NCBI GenBank assembly: GCA_963700635.1
Contig: CAVOYH010000004.1
Span: forward strand, 928,001 to 992,000
DNA length: 64,000 nucleotides
Direction of reading: 5' to 3'
Source of the DNA: an uncultured Bacteroidota bacterium
GTDB taxonomy: Bacteria; Bacteroidota; Ignavibacteria; UBA10030; UBA6906
The notes beneath the pieces were generated by a model. It saw only the letters and a program-made list of their open reading frames with translations, searched no databases and had not been told where the DNA came from. Position 1 is the first letter of the stretch. Each line of letters begins with the position of its first letter. Both the position numbers and the translations under genes were made by a program. Positions 18,213 to 28,417 of this stretch are shown piece after piece.

Positions 18213-19216
18213 TTACTGATCGCAATTTCCTTCCCGCTTTTCGCGGAGCGATAGACGGCATCAACGATGCGCATGCGTTGCACGGCTTCTTCGCCGGTCG
18301 AGACGACCGGATGGAGACCCTTGACGGCTCCCAGAAAATGTTTGAGTTCGTTCTCGTACGACCGCCGGAAGAGCTGTTGCGGAGAATCAAGTTTCGCCGG
18401 TGCAAGATTGACGAGGTTCCCGTGGAATTCCTTGTTGATCGTGAGGGGAGACAGACTCGCGCTTCCGTCACTGCCATGAACATAGCAGTAGTACAGATCG
18501 TCCGCAAGGCACATGGACCAGCTCACCTCGATATTCACCGTCGCACCTGATTTGAGGAAGAGGTTTGCGACCGAGGTATCCTCGACCTGTTTCGACCGGT
18601 TGCTGTAGTTGCTCGCCCGGAGCCGGACGACCTCGGGGTATCCCATCATCCAGAGTGCCATATCCAGCATCACTATTCCGAGATCAATAAAAACGCCGCC
18701 GCCCGACTTTTCCTTCTGTGTAATCCAGGCCCTGTCAAAATTGAACTTGCGCAGCCATCCAACCCTGGTGTAGAAGATTTTCCCGAGTTCTTTGCCTTCG
18801 ATAAAGCTTTTCAGAATCATGATGTCCGGCCGGAACCGGTGATTCATTCCCACCATCAATTTGTTTTTTGATTCGCGGGCAGCTGATGTAATCGCCACTG
18901 CTTCCTGGTAGGTCCGGGCAATAGGCTTTTCGACTAGCACGTCCTTGCCGGCCTTGAAGCATGCCAGCGCCACCTCCAGATGGGCATCGGTGGATGTGCA
19001 GACCACAACGGCATCGAGGCCGTTCTGCGCCAGCATCTGATCCAGATCGGTGTATTGGCGGGTGATTCCGAATTTTTCTCCAACAAGCCGTACGCGGGCC
19101 TTGTCCCGGTCACAGATCGCCACAACGGAAGCTTCCGGGAGTTTCATCAGTATGGGCAGGTGGATGACCTGTGCGATCCAGCCAACACCGACGACGCCTA
19201 TCCTGACTTTGTCCAT
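18209..19216 (-). CDS. Gfo/Idh/MocA family oxidoreductase
   Basis: IGVVGVGWIA Rossmann motif, VLVEKP and GGGVFID. Confidence 0.92.
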   Translation of the reverse strand: MDKVRIGVVGVGWIAQVIHLPILMKLPEASVVAICDRDKARVRLVGEKFGITRQYTDLDQMLAQNGLDAVVVCTSTDAHLEVALACFKAGKDVLVEKPIARTYQEAVAITSAARESKNKLMVGMNHRFRPDIMILKSFIEGKELGKIFYTRVGWLRKFNFDRAWITQKEKSGGGVFIDLGIVMLDMALWMMGYPEVVRLRASNYSNRSKQVEDTSVANLFLKSGATVNIEVSWSMCLADDLYYCYVHGSDGSASLSPLTINKEFHGNLVNLAPAKLDSPQQLFRRSYENELKHFLGAVKGLHPVVSTGEEAVQRMRIVDAVYRSAKSGKEIAISK

Positions 19217-19219
19217 GTG

Positions 19220-21136
19220 TTATCCAGCAATATGAGGAGTTGATACTGAGAGGACTGAACGTACAACGGCGGCAATGCCCTGAGCGTCAAGCCCGAGTTC
19301 TGCCGCGAGTTCCGAGGGCGAACCATGATCCACAAAACGGTCAGGCACGCCGTGTACCGTGATCTGCAGATCCTTGTGCGCTTTGGGCGCATAATATTCA
19401 CAGACAGCGCTCCCGAACCCGCCGAGGACAGAGTTGTCTTCGAGCGTTACCACACGACTAAATCGACCGGCGATGCTGTCAAGGAGCGCGGTATCAAGGG
19501 GTTTTACGAAGCGTACGTTGACGACCTCGCATTCAACCCCTTCAGATGCAAGAAGCGCCGCAGACTGGAGTGCCGGATCTACAAGCTCCCCGACAGCGAG
19601 CAGGGCGATGTCGCTGCCGGTACGCACGGTTTCTGATTTCCCGATCGGCACCGGTGCAAACCCGCTTTTCATTGGCACGCCGAGACCGCTTCCCCGGGGA
19701 TACCGTAGCGCAATGGGGCCCCCTTCGTAGGTCACCGCAGTGTACAGCATGTCGCGCAACTCGTTTTCGTCTTTCGGCGACATGATCACCATGCCCGGAA
19801 TTGCCCGCAGGTAGCTCAGGTCAAATACACCGTGATGGGTGGGGCCGTCGGCTCCGACCACGCCGGAACGGTCAAGCGCGAAAACAACATGCAAATGCTG
19901 CAATGCCACGTCATGGATGATCTGATCAAACGCACGCTGCAGAAAGGATGAATAGATCGCCACGATCGGAATACATCCCTGCGTGGCAAGTCCTGCCGCG
20001 AATGTTACGCCGTGTTGTTCCGCGATTCCGACATCGTAGAAACGGTCAGGCATCTCCCGTTGGAGTTGATCCAGGCCGGTGCCATCAGGCATGGCCGCGG
20101 TTATTGCCACAAGATTGGGTGTCTGTTGTGCAAGTTGTACGACGGCCGCACCAAAGACCGCCGTGTATGCCGGAGGCCCGGCGGATTTTTTCGGGGACTG
20201 CCCGGTGACCTTGTCAAAAGGCGTGACGCCATGGAGCCGCTGGACGTCCTGTTCCGCAGGCTTGTACCCTTTCCCCTTCTGCGTCAGAGTATGAACGAGG
20301 ATAGGGCCGTCGAGGTTGCGGACTTCTTTGAAAATACGAACAAGCTGCGAAATGTTGTGGCCATTGATCGGGCCAAAATACCGGAATCCAAGTGCTTCAA
20401 AAAGCATTCCCGGCGTAATGACAACTTTGATGCCGCCTTCCAGGCGCGACGCTGCCTTGCGGATCCGATCACCCCAGTGATCAAGCTTCCCTGTCAATTC
20501 ATACACATTCTTTTTCAAACGGTTGTACCGCGGATCGGCGATCAGTTCTGTAAAGTAATTGGAGATCGCCCATACGTTCGGAGCAATGGACATGTTGTTG
20601 TCGTTCAAGACGACGATCATATCCTTCTTCATGATCCCGGCATTGTTCATCCCCTCATACACCATCCCCCCCGTCATGGATCCGTCGCCCACGATCGCGA
20701 CAACTTTGTAGTCGCCGCCCGTGGTTTCCCGGGCCGCCACCATGCCGAGCGCAGCAGAGATCGCCGTGCTTGCGTGGCCTGCGCCAAACGTATCGTATGC
20801 ACTCTCGGAACGCTTCAGGAAGCCGCTCAATCCCTTGTAACGGCGGATGGTATCAAGCCGGTCCTTCCGGCCCGTGAGAATCTTATGCGGATAGGCCTGG
20901 TGTCCAACGTCCCAGACAAGCTTGTCTTCAGGCGTGTTGAACGCGTAGTGCAGGGCAACGGAAAGCTCAACGGCTCCCAGGCCGGCTCCAAGATGACCGC
21001 CGGTCCGGGAGATTACCTCAATAAGGAACTCCCGGACATCATGACAGAGCCCTTTTAGTTCAGCGACATCAAGACGACGGAGATCTTCAGGCAGATTAAC
21101 ACGATCAAGATAAGGGTAGGACTGTTCTGTGTTCAT
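19220..21136 (-). CDS. dxs: 1-deoxy-D-xylulose-5-phosphate synthase
   Basis: WDVGHQAYPHKILTGR, GHASTAISA, GDGSMTGG, DVGIAEQH and GADGPTHHG. Confidence 0.98.
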   Translation of the reverse strand: MNTEQSYPYLDRVNLPEDLRRLDVAELKGLCHDVREFLIEVISRTGGHLGAGLGAVELSVALHYAFNTPEDKLVWDVGHQAYPHKILTGRKDRLDTIRRYKGLSGFLKRSESAYDTFGAGHASTAISAALGMVAARETTGGDYKVVAIVGDGSMTGGMVYEGMNNAGIMKKDMIVVLNDNNMSIAPNVWAISNYFTELIADPRYNRLKKNVYELTGKLDHWGDRIRKAASRLEGGIKVVITPGMLFEALGFRYFGPINGHNISQLVRIFKEVRNLDGPILVHTLTQKGKGYKPAEQDVQRLHGVTPFDKVTGQSPKKSAGPPAYTAVFGAAVVQLAQQTPNLVAITAAMPDGTGLDQLQREMPDRFYDVGIAEQHGVTFAAGLATQGCIPIVAIYSSFLQRAFDQIIHDVALQHLHVVFALDRSGVVGADGPTHHGVFDLSYLRAIPGMVIMSPKDENELRDMLYTAVTYEGGPIALRYPRGSGLGVPMKSGFAPVPIGKSETVRTGSDIALLAVGELVDPALQSAALLASEGVECEVVNVRFVKPLDTALLDSIAGRFSRVVTLEDNSVLGGFGSAVCEYYAPKAHKDLQITVHGVPDRFVDHGSPSELAAELGLDAQGIAAVVRSVLSVSTPHIAG

Positions 21137-21378
21137 TCGGTTTCTTCATCTGTCAGAGTAAAATTGCCGTCCAGATCTTTCCCCAGCTTCTTCAGCGTCA
21201 CCTCGGCCTGGGAGAGCCGTTCGGCACAGATCCTGGAAAGTCCGATACCTTCTTCGTACAACCGGAGCGAATCCTCTAATGGAACATCTCCCTGATCCAG
21301 CTGGTTCACTATATCCTCAAGCCGGCGCAGGGTTTCTTCAAAGGATGGTTTCGAAGAGGGAGTCTTCTTGGTTGCCAT
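21133..21378 (-). CDS. xseB: Exodeoxyribonuclease VII small subunit
   Basis: SFEETLRRLEDIV..L..GDVPLEDSLRLYEEG; lies next to xseA. Confidence 0.95.
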   Translation of the reverse strand: MATKKTPSSKPSFEETLRRLEDIVNQLDQGDVPLEDSLRLYEEGIGLSRICAERLSQAEVTLKKLGKDLDGNFTLTDEETE

Positions 21379-21380
21379 GG

Positions 21381-22570
21381 CTACACGTCCGAAATAGTGG
21401 AGCGAACCCGACCGTCCGAAAATTCAATTTCCACCGCATCGTCTTTGCGCAACACGGTCCGTGAACCCACAATGAGCCCTTTTTTGCGCACGATGGTATA
21501 TCCCCGCCTCAGGACCAGCTCCGGGTTGAGCGCGGAGAGGCGTTCTTCCACACCCTTCATACGAGCCGCGGTGAGTTTGTAACGATGGATGAGGGATGTG
21601 GACATGGTGCGGCTCAACTCGTCTATGTGCTGGCTGTGCCGCCGAAGCAGGTCGATCGGCCGGTGGAACGCGTGACTCTTCAGGAGGTGAAGGATGTGCG
21701 TCCGGCTCACCGTAATACGCGAAGCGAGCGCCTGGTGCATAGTATACCGAGAATTCCGGAGAACTTCAAGAATTGCCTTACGATCCGGCACCACGAGGGC
21801 CGCTGCGGCGGTGGGAGTGGGCGCCCGTACATCAGCGACAAAGTCTGCGATGGTATAATCCACTTCGTGGCCGACGGCACTTACGATGGGAATTCTGGAA
21901 GCGGCGATCGCTCTCGCCACCCGTTCTTCGTTAAAGGGCCACAAATCTTCAAGTGACCCCCCCCGCGTGCCAGAATGATTAGATCCAGCTTCTTGTACAC
22001 GTTAAGGTCACCTATAGCCCTCGCAATATCCTCCGCTGCACCTGTTCCCTGCACTCTGGCAGGCCGGAATGTCAGGGTCACCGCGGGAAATCTCTGCCCG
22101 AATACATGCAGCATATCGTGGAGCACCGCCCCGGTGGGTGACGTAATGATCCCGATCCTCTCAGGATACTCGGGAAGAGGCTTCTTTCTGCCGGCATCAA
22201 ACAGTCCTTCTGCAGAGAGCTTACGTTTGAGTTCTTCGAAGGCACGCTGGAGATCCCCCTCACCCAGCGGACGCATCGTGGACACGTCAATCTGATACGT
22301 GCCACGTACGTCATACACGCTCAGCCGGCCGGTCACCACCACCTTCATGCCATCCAGCGGCCGAAACGCCAGCGTGGGGACTCTGCTACGCCACATGACG
22401 CCGGAAATCTGGGATACCTCATCCTTCAGGGTAAAATAATGATGGCCCGAAGAGTGCTGCTTATAGTTTGAGAGCTCCCCGACAACGGCAAGCGAGGGAA
22501 ATCCTTTCTCAAGGGAAAGCTTTATTCTCTGCGTGAGAGCGGATACGGTAAGGGGTGTTGCGTCTGTCAT
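21381..22570 (-). CDS. xseA: Exodeoxyribonuclease VII large subunit, split by a 1-nt frameshift (probable sequencing error)
   Basis: [10 protein letters not shown] and [11 protein letters not shown] precede the shift. One G is missing in the C8 run at 21957-21964 (ARGGG|[11 protein letters not shown]); SAVGHEVD and RAPTPTAAA follow. Confidence 0.93.
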
Positions 22571-22644
22571 GCTGGCGATTCAGGAATACTCTGACGGTCG
22601 GGTAATGAAGAAGAATATAGGGAATTCCCTGATAAAGGTCATGG

Positions 22645-22673
22645 TTGAATTGTAGTGCGAAAGAATGTATATT
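22645..22673 (+). promoter_or_regulatory. Sigma70-like promoter predicting a leaderless bshB1 mRNA
   Basis: TTGAAT-N17-TATATT, then 7 nt to the ATG at 22681, with no SD sequence. Confidence 0.55.
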
Positions 22674-22680
22674 TTACGCC

Positions 22681-23400
22681 ATGACTATCGACGTTCTTGC
22701 TGTCGGCGCACATCCTGATGACATCGAACTCTCCTGCGGGGGCACCATTATCAAACTGGTGCGCCAGGGCCGGCGGGTGGGGATTGCTGATCTCACACAA
22801 GGCGAGCTGGGCACGCGCGGGTCCCGGGAGATTCGGGCGGAGGAAGCCCGTGCTGCTGCGGAGGTGATGGGAATTCACTACCGCAAGAACCTAACAATCC
22901 CGGATGGGAATATTGATACAACGCCGGATCATGTGATCCGGCTTGTGACTGTACTCCGCGCTGTCCGCCCCCAGGTGCTCCTCATCCCCCATTCACTTGA
23001 CCGGCACCCGGACCATGAAAGTGCACACGCTCTCTGCCGGAAAGCATGGTTCGATTCAGGTCTTCGGCGTATCGAAACATCGGAAGATGGAAAACAACAG
23101 GAGGCATTCCGGCCGCGGGCAGTGTATCACTACATGCAGTGGCACGAATTTACGCCGTCGTTCATCGTGGACGTCAGTGACACCTTTGAACAACGCGTCG
23201 CAGCGATGCAGGCGTACCGTTCGCAGTTCTACGACCCGGAGAGTGACCAACCCGGCACCATTCTGAGCACTCCTGACTTCCTGGACATGGTGCGCACACG
23301 GCTGGAATACTACGGAGACAGGATCGGCAAGAAATACGGCGAACCCTTCTACTCACCCGCGCCGGTCGAGATTCAGGATCTTTTTCTGCTCAACGCCTGA
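22681..23400 (+). CDS. bshB1: Bacillithiol biosynthesis deacetylase BshB1 (PIG-L family)
   Basis: GAHPDDIELSCGGT, DLTQGELGTRG, DRHPDH, AYRSQF and YGEPF. Confidence 0.88.
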   Translation: MTIDVLAVGAHPDDIELSCGGTIIKLVRQGRRVGIADLTQGELGTRGSREIRAEEARAAAEVMGIHYRKNLTIPDGNIDTTPDHVIRLVTVLRAVRPQVLLIPHSLDRHPDHESAHALCRKAWFDSGLRRIETSEDGKQQEAFRPRAVYHYMQWHEFTPSFIVDVSDTFEQRVAAMQAYRSQFYDPESDQPGTILSTPDFLDMVRTRLEYYGDRIGKKYGEPFYSPAPVEIQDLFLLNA

Positions 23401-23401
23401 C

Positions 23402-23839
23402 ATGACGCCGCTCCACCCCTTTCTCGTCCATTTCCCCATCGCGTTGCTGACCCTGGCCTTCTGCGCTGACGTGATCGCAGTCGTGCGGCGCACCCCGACG
23501 GCGTATTCAGTGGGATGGTGGAATATGTTTGCAGGTACCGCCGGACTTCTGGCAACGGTGATCAGCGGCCTCGTGGCCAAAGAACATGCCGGCGTCCTCA
23601 CCGGATTGGCTTCGGAAAGTCTCTCTTCTCACGAACAATTTGCCTTCGCAAGTGCGGCGGGATTTCTGTTCCTTCTCTTCTGGCGTTCCGCAAACAGAAC
23701 CGCCATTCCCCCCGGACTACCGCGTGTGTATCTCCTTCTCTCCGCCGGGGCCCTCTCGTTGCTCTGGCTCACGGCGTGGTTCGGTGGGGAACTCGTGTAT
23801 CTGTTCGGCATCGGGGTCGTCGTGAAGCCCGCCCCGTAG
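23402..23839 (+). CDS. DUF2231 domain membrane protein
   Basis: LHPFLVHFPIALL at the N-terminus, an internal H, and GGELVYLFGIG at the C-terminus. Confidence 0.85.
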   Translation: MTPLHPFLVHFPIALLTLAFCADVIAVVRRTPTAYSVGWWNMFAGTAGLLATVISGLVAKEHAGVLTGLASESLSSHEQFAFASAAGFLFLLFWRSANRTAIPPGLPRVYLLLSAGALSLLWLTAWFGGELVYLFGIGVVVKPAP

Positions 23840-25792
23840 TCCCCCGGCTCGTACCCCCCGCATCGTCACCTCACCGGCCCTTCGTACAATCGTTACCCCA
23901 AACCCGACCAGAAGGATGATAACACCCGCCCAGACAAGGTTGATGAGCGGCTTTATACTCGCCTCAACCACAAGCGTGTCAATCGTCACGCCGGAGGTTC
24001 CCCCACGCGATGCGGGTTCCTCCAGCGCAAGTGGGGCGAGATAGAAATCACGCACGATCATGTTGGCGATGTCCGGATGTCGCATCACCCCTTCATTATA
24101 CGAACTAAAATACATCACCGGCGACAATGTGAACGAGCTGCCGTCTTTCTCGACGAGCACACGAAATGCATAACGCTCCCCATCCAACACCGTATACCCT
24201 TCGTAGGTGAGCCGGTATCCGAGAGTCTCCACGGGATTCCCCTGAGGCAACGACACGGTTTGGGTGCCGTCATATTCCGATGATGCGATAAAACCGAAGA
24301 ACATCACTGCGATGCCGATATGCGCCACCGCGCCGCCGGCAAGTTTCGGATTTCCCCGCACGATGGTCCATCCCACCTGCAGGTTCACGAGGAGCGCAAA
24401 TGTTGCTGCAAAGAGAAATGCCAGGAGGATGAGGTCCCCGACTCCCAGAGCCACGAACCCGAGCATCGCGAGGTGTGCAAGGATCAAGGGAGGCGCAAGG
24501 GCGCGGCGGAAGGCCTTGCGGTCCGACCGGGTCCACCAGAGTAATTGTCCGAATCCCATGAGTAAACCCATGGCGATGCCAAGAGGAAGCGTGGTCGTGG
24601 CGTAGTAACTGATGTCCACGACGCTCTTTTTTCCGTACAGGATATCGCTGATCATCGGAGAGGATGTTCCCACGATCACAAACAGCGCGACGAAGACAAG
24701 GGCTGACGAACCGAGGAACAGCGCAAATTCACGGGAATAGTAGTCATGCTTGGCCGGACGCCGGGGGATTTCCTTCCAGCGGCTCGCAAAGAGGATGACG
24801 GGGGCACCGACCGCAATGATCATCATGCCCACCAGCAACCAGTACACCCACATTCCCGGATCCACAAACGAATGCACGGAGGTATCGCCCAGCACGCCGC
24901 TTCGTGTGAGGAATGTTGAATACAGAACAAGGATAAAACACATCATCCCGAGGATGAGGTTTGTTCGCGCAAACGCGCCGCTTTTCCGCTGTGACATGAT
25001 GGTATGAATCGACGCGATAGCGATCAGCCAGGGGACGAGAGATGAATTTTCAACGGGATCCCACGCCCAGTATCCTCCCCAGCCGAGCGTCTCGTAGGCC
25101 CAGAAACCTCCCATCATGATCCCCATGCCGAGCACGAAGGCACCAAACACGATCCACGGGGTTGCCGGCTTGAACCAGTAATCGTAGTCACGCTTGAGAA
25201 GGGCGGCCATGGCATACGCATACGGCACGCCCATGGCGGCAAAACCGCTGAAGAGGACCTGGGGGTGGATCACCATCCAGTAGTTTTGCAACAACGGATT
25301 GAGGCCGCGCCCGTCAGCCGGGAGAAAACCGGCCTGGACTTCTCCCGCATAACTTTCCCAGACATAGAGAAAGGGGCTCTTTACAAGGAGCATAACCAGG
25401 AGCATGAGTTCGATCCCCGCAAACACGCTCATGACCTGGGCTTCATAGCCGAACCGCGAAGAATGCCGCATCAGGAAGATGCCGATCAACGCTGTGAACA
25501 GCGCCCACAGCATAAAACTTCCCTCCTGCCCCGCGTAAAACGTGGAAATCAGCAAGGGGGTCGAAAGGGCCCGGGAGGAATAACTCCAGACGTAGGTGTA
25601 TTGGAATTGATGCGTGAGGATGAAGTACAGGAGGGTTGCTGCGCTCAGGATCACAGCGACCACCGTGCTGTGGTAGAATGCACGCCCGAGAAACAATGAC
25701 CGTTCGGTTCCCTTCCGATGATGCTGTACATACCCCAGCACTGATACCACAGCCGACACAAAGGCGATCTTAATAAGAATGCCGCCGATCAT
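23717..25792 (-). CDS. ccmF: Cytochrome c heme lyase CcmF
   Basis: GQEGS, GRGLNPLLQNYWMVIHP, WAYETLGWGGYWAWDPVEN, FLTRSG and SVHSF. The 3' end overlaps the DUF2231 gene by 123 nt. Confidence 0.93.
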   Translation of the reverse strand: MIGGILIKIAFVSAVVSVLGYVQHHRKGTERSLFLGRAFYHSTVVAVILSAATLLYFILTHQFQYTYVWSYSSRALSTPLLISTFYAGQEGSFMLWALFTALIGIFLMRHSSRFGYEAQVMSVFAGIELMLLVMLLVKSPFLYVWESYAGEVQAGFLPADGRGLNPLLQNYWMVIHPQVLFSGFAAMGVPYAYAMAALLKRDYDYWFKPATPWIVFGAFVLGMGIMMGGFWAYETLGWGGYWAWDPVENSSLVPWLIAIASIHTIMSQRKSGAFARTNLILGMMCFILVLYSTFLTRSGVLGDTSVHSFVDPGMWVYWLLVGMMIIAVGAPVILFASRWKEIPRRPAKHDYYSREFALFLGSSALVFVALFVIVGTSSPMISDILYGKKSVVDISYYATTTLPLGIAMGLLMGFGQLLWWTRSDRKAFRRALAPPLILAHLAMLGFVALGVGDLILLAFLFAATFALLVNLQVGWTIVRGNPKLAGGAVAHIGIAVMFFGFIASSEYDGTQTVSLPQGNPVETLGYRLTYEGYTVLDGERYAFRVLVEKDGSSFTLSPVMYFSSYNEGVMRHPDIANMIVRDFYLAPLALEEPASRGGTSGVTIDTLVVEASIKPLINLVWAGVIILLVGFGVTIVRRAGEVTMRGVRAGGLRGGLHDDPDAEQIHEFPTEPRREPEQREGPGGEKEIHTR

Positions 25793-25854
25793 ACGGGCTC
25801 CTGAGTGTTAAAGAACGGACTACTGGTACAGCAGACAGATATTGAAGCCGACAG

Positions 25855-26250
25855 CTATGATGCCTTCCCGGTCACCTCGGATGCCTCTGGTTCATATTTT
25901 GAGGGGCACTTGGTCAGGACTTCTGTCGCATGAAAATATCCCTCAGGCGCGAATTTGCCTTTTGCCACAACGCTGGTGGCCATCTCGAAGTTGTTTGGCG
26001 CGGCACCTTCCAGAACCACCCGGCACTCCCGCCCCGCATCATCCGTGAGATAAAACGTGAATTGACTCGTAGAAGGGTTGAAGCTGGACTGTTTTTCCCT
26101 GTTCCAGGTCCCCTTCAGCTGCACCTTCTTGTTCTTCTCCATCGCACCGGCGATGTCCGTATACTCCACATTGCTGTCCAGAAACGAATACGCGCCAAAC
26201 CCGAGGAAGACAAGTACGACAATGGAACCGACAACAACTTTGACATTCAT
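25855..26250 (-). CDS. ccmE: Heme chaperone CcmE, cysteine (CxxxY) variant
   Basis: N-terminal TM helix and FHATEVLTKCPSKY; position in the ccm operon. Confidence 0.92.
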   Translation of the reverse strand: MNVKVVVGSIVVLVFLGFGAYSFLDSNVEYTDIAGAMEKNKKVQLKGTWNREKQSSFNPSTSQFTFYLTDDAGRECRVVLEGAAPNNFEMATSVVAKGKFAPEGYFHATEVLTKCPSKYEPEASEVTGKAS

Positions 26251-26266
26251 CTCCAGCTCCTCCCTT

Positions 26267-26404
26267 CTATGAATCTTGATGTGTTACTTTTTCCAGTTTG
26301 CGGATTCTTCCGTCGAGACGGAAAAGGTAGGCATACAGGCCGAGCCAGATGCCCACAACAACAATCATGACGATGTAGAGCTGATGTTCTGCAAGAAACT
26401 CCAC
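26267..26404 (-). CDS. ccmD: CcmD family small membrane protein
   Basis: GTG start after GAAAGGA; MEFLAEHQLYIVMIVVVGIWLGLYAYLFRLDGRIRKLEK; lies between ccmC and ccmE. Confidence 0.8.
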   Translation of the reverse strand: MEFLAEHQLYIVMIVVVGIWLGLYAYLFRLDGRIRKLEKVTHQDS

Positions 26405-26406
26405 GG

Positions 26407-27105
26407 CTATCCTTTCGTCTGATGGTGATATTCGAGGCGCGCCGCCCGGACCTTCAGCGTGAACATCCACACAAAAAGCATGGTGAAGGCAATCAGGGAA
26501 GCGAAAAACACAACGCGCATATTCGGAGACATGTTAAACTCGATGACCGGACCGGCCCCGCCGGGATCACCTTTCGCACCCGGGTGCAGGCCGGTCATGA
26601 TACGCGGCATGACAAACACAAAAAACGGAACCGTGACCGCCGCGATGATCGCATAGACAGACGACAACGTAGCCCGTTTCTCCTCAACTTCAATGGCTGA
26701 ACGGAGTGAGAAATACGCCCCATAGATCAGCAGGAGGACAAAGATCGACGTTTGACGGGGATCCCAGTTCCAGAAAGCTCCCCAGTTAAATTTCGCCCAG
26801 ATTGCTCCGGTTGCTGTCGCCAGGATACAGAAGAGCAAGCCAAGACCCGCCGCCGATGAAGAACGGATATCGTCCAGCATGTCCCGTTTCCGCAGATACC
26901 TGATCCCGTAAAACATGCTTGTCAGGAACGCCACCACACTCAGCCATGCCGTCGGGACATGGAAAAAGATGATACGGGCCTTCTCTTCAAGCCCGGGAAT
27001 CAGCGGGAATTCGAACCAGGATTGCGGCTGTGACGTTATGGGAATCGCGAATGCAGCAACAATGACCAGCGTGAGCAGGACGCCCAGGGCAGCTCGAAAA
27101 ATCAT
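26407..27105 (-). CDS. ccmC: Heme exporter protein CcmC
   Basis: IFFHVPTAW and the WWD-domain motif TGAIWAKFNWGAFWNWDPR, followed by LHP. Confidence 0.94.
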   Translation of the reverse strand: MIFRAALGVLLTLVIVAAFAIPITSQPQSWFEFPLIPGLEEKARIIFFHVPTAWLSVVAFLTSMFYGIRYLRKRDMLDDIRSSSAAGLGLLFCILATATGAIWAKFNWGAFWNWDPRQTSIFVLLLIYGAYFSLRSAIEVEEKRATLSSVYAIIAAVTVPFFVFVMPRIMTGLHPGAKGDPGGAGPVIEFNMSPNMRVVFFASLIAFTMLFVWMFTLKVRAARLEYHHQTKG

Positions 27106-27108
27106 ACG

Positions 27109-27804
27109 TCAGTCTTTCCAGATGTACTCAAAGAGCAGATACGATGTTGTCACAACCACAACAATATACGAAAAGAGGATCTGAAATTCACCTCCTGCAC
27201 CGCCCCAGGTGGTTCCCTCGGATGCCAGGCGTGTTGCATTAATCACCGTCATGAGCAGAGGTAACAGTATTGGGAACGAGAGAACCGGATAGAGGGTTCC
27301 CTTGGTGTTCGCCCGGGCAATAATGGCAGCGATGATCGTGGATGCCGCCGCCAGTCCGATACTGCCCAGCGTGACTATCGCAACAAATACGCCGTATGAA
27401 CGGATGACGAATCCGCTGATCAGGAGGGCGTAGAGTACAACGGTCAACAACGTTAACCCCGCTCCCAGCAATAGATTAAAGAGGAGTTTCCCGAAGTACA
27501 CCGCGCTTGGCGGAGCCTGAAGCTGAAGCGTCATGGATGTCCCCCGCTCTTCCTCCATCACGAAGGTGCGCGAGAGACCGGACATTGCTGCAAAAAAGAG
27601 GACGACCCAGAGCATCCCGGACAGTACCTCCGGCGAAGCAGGTTCTCCACCGAGAGAAAAAAGAATGATGGAAATGGTCGTAATGACGAACATCCCGAGG
27701 GCATTGATGGCATACCGAGTCCGCAATTCTGACCGCCAGTCTTTGAGAAAGACTGCCAGCGTGGCGCGTATCCAGCGCGTGCTATACCGCTCAGGCGATT
27801 GCAT
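27109..27804 (-). CDS. ccmB: Heme exporter protein CcmB
   Basis: KDWRSELRTRY, F..EEERGT and LYPVLSFPILLP; six TM helices. Confidence 0.92.
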   Translation of the reverse strand: MQSPERYSTRWIRATLAVFLKDWRSELRTRYAINALGMFVITTISIILFSLGGEPASPEVLSGMLWVVLFFAAMSGLSRTFVMEEERGTSMTLQLQAPPSAVYFGKLLFNLLLGAGLTLLTVVLYALLISGFVIRSYGVFVAIVTLGSIGLAAASTIIAAIIARANTKGTLYPVLSFPILLPLLMTVINATRLASEGTTWGGAGGEFQILFSYIVVVVTTSYLLFEYIWKD

Positions 27805-28417
27805 TAAGATCCACCTCGACATCCCATCGATCGATGTCAGTACGATCGTTTGTGGCGACGACAAGAATGCCCGCCGCCAGCTGGTCCCGCATTATAGAAC
27901 GGACTGTCACCACGCCATCCGCGTCCAGATTCGACATGGGTTCGTCAAGCACAAGGACCGGGGGACGATGAACCAGGGCCATGGCGTATTTCAGACGTTG
28001 TTTCATGCCGGATGAGAAACCACGCACGGGATCGTGACGCTTCGCATCAAGCCCTACACGATCCAGGAGCGCCCGGTTTTGCTCTTCCTCCGACCGGAAA
28101 CCTCTTAATGTCATGCTCATGTGAAGATTCTCCATCGCCGAGAAGTCCTCATAGACCTCAAGGTACGGCGCCACCAATCCGATAAGGGCCTTGCGCGCAA
28201 ATTGATCGGACGCACCCTCAGCGTGAATCCTCACCACTCCTGCGGTGGGCGTGAGAACCCCGCAGATGATCCTGACAAGCGTGGATTTCCCGGAACCGTT
28301 CCGCCCTGCGATAAGCAGGACGTTACCCCGGGCAACAGCGAACGAGATGCCGGAGAAGATGATCCGGCGACTAAAAACCTGGCGAACCTTTTCTGCGTTG
28401 ATCTCCGGCGTCATCAT
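27791..28417 (-). CDS. ccmA: Heme ABC exporter ATP-binding protein CcmA
   Basis: GRNGSGKST, FSSGMKQR and LVLDEP; first gene of ccmABCDEF. Confidence 0.9.
   Translation of the reverse strand: MMTPEINAEKVRQVFSRRIIFSGISFAVARGNVLLIAGRNGSGKSTLVRIICGVLTPTAGVVRIHAEGASDQFARKALIGLVAPYLEVYEDFSAMENLHMSMTLRGFRSEEEQNRALLDRVGLDAKRHDPVRGFSSGMKQRLKYAMALVHRPPVLVLDEPMSNLDADGVVTVRSIMRDQLAAGILVVATNDRTDIDRWDVEVDLNAIA

Noticed and set aside
21957-21964. Programmed frameshift or phase variation in xseA
   Set aside because: Similar single-base indels hit several core genes, so a homopolymer consensus error is simpler.
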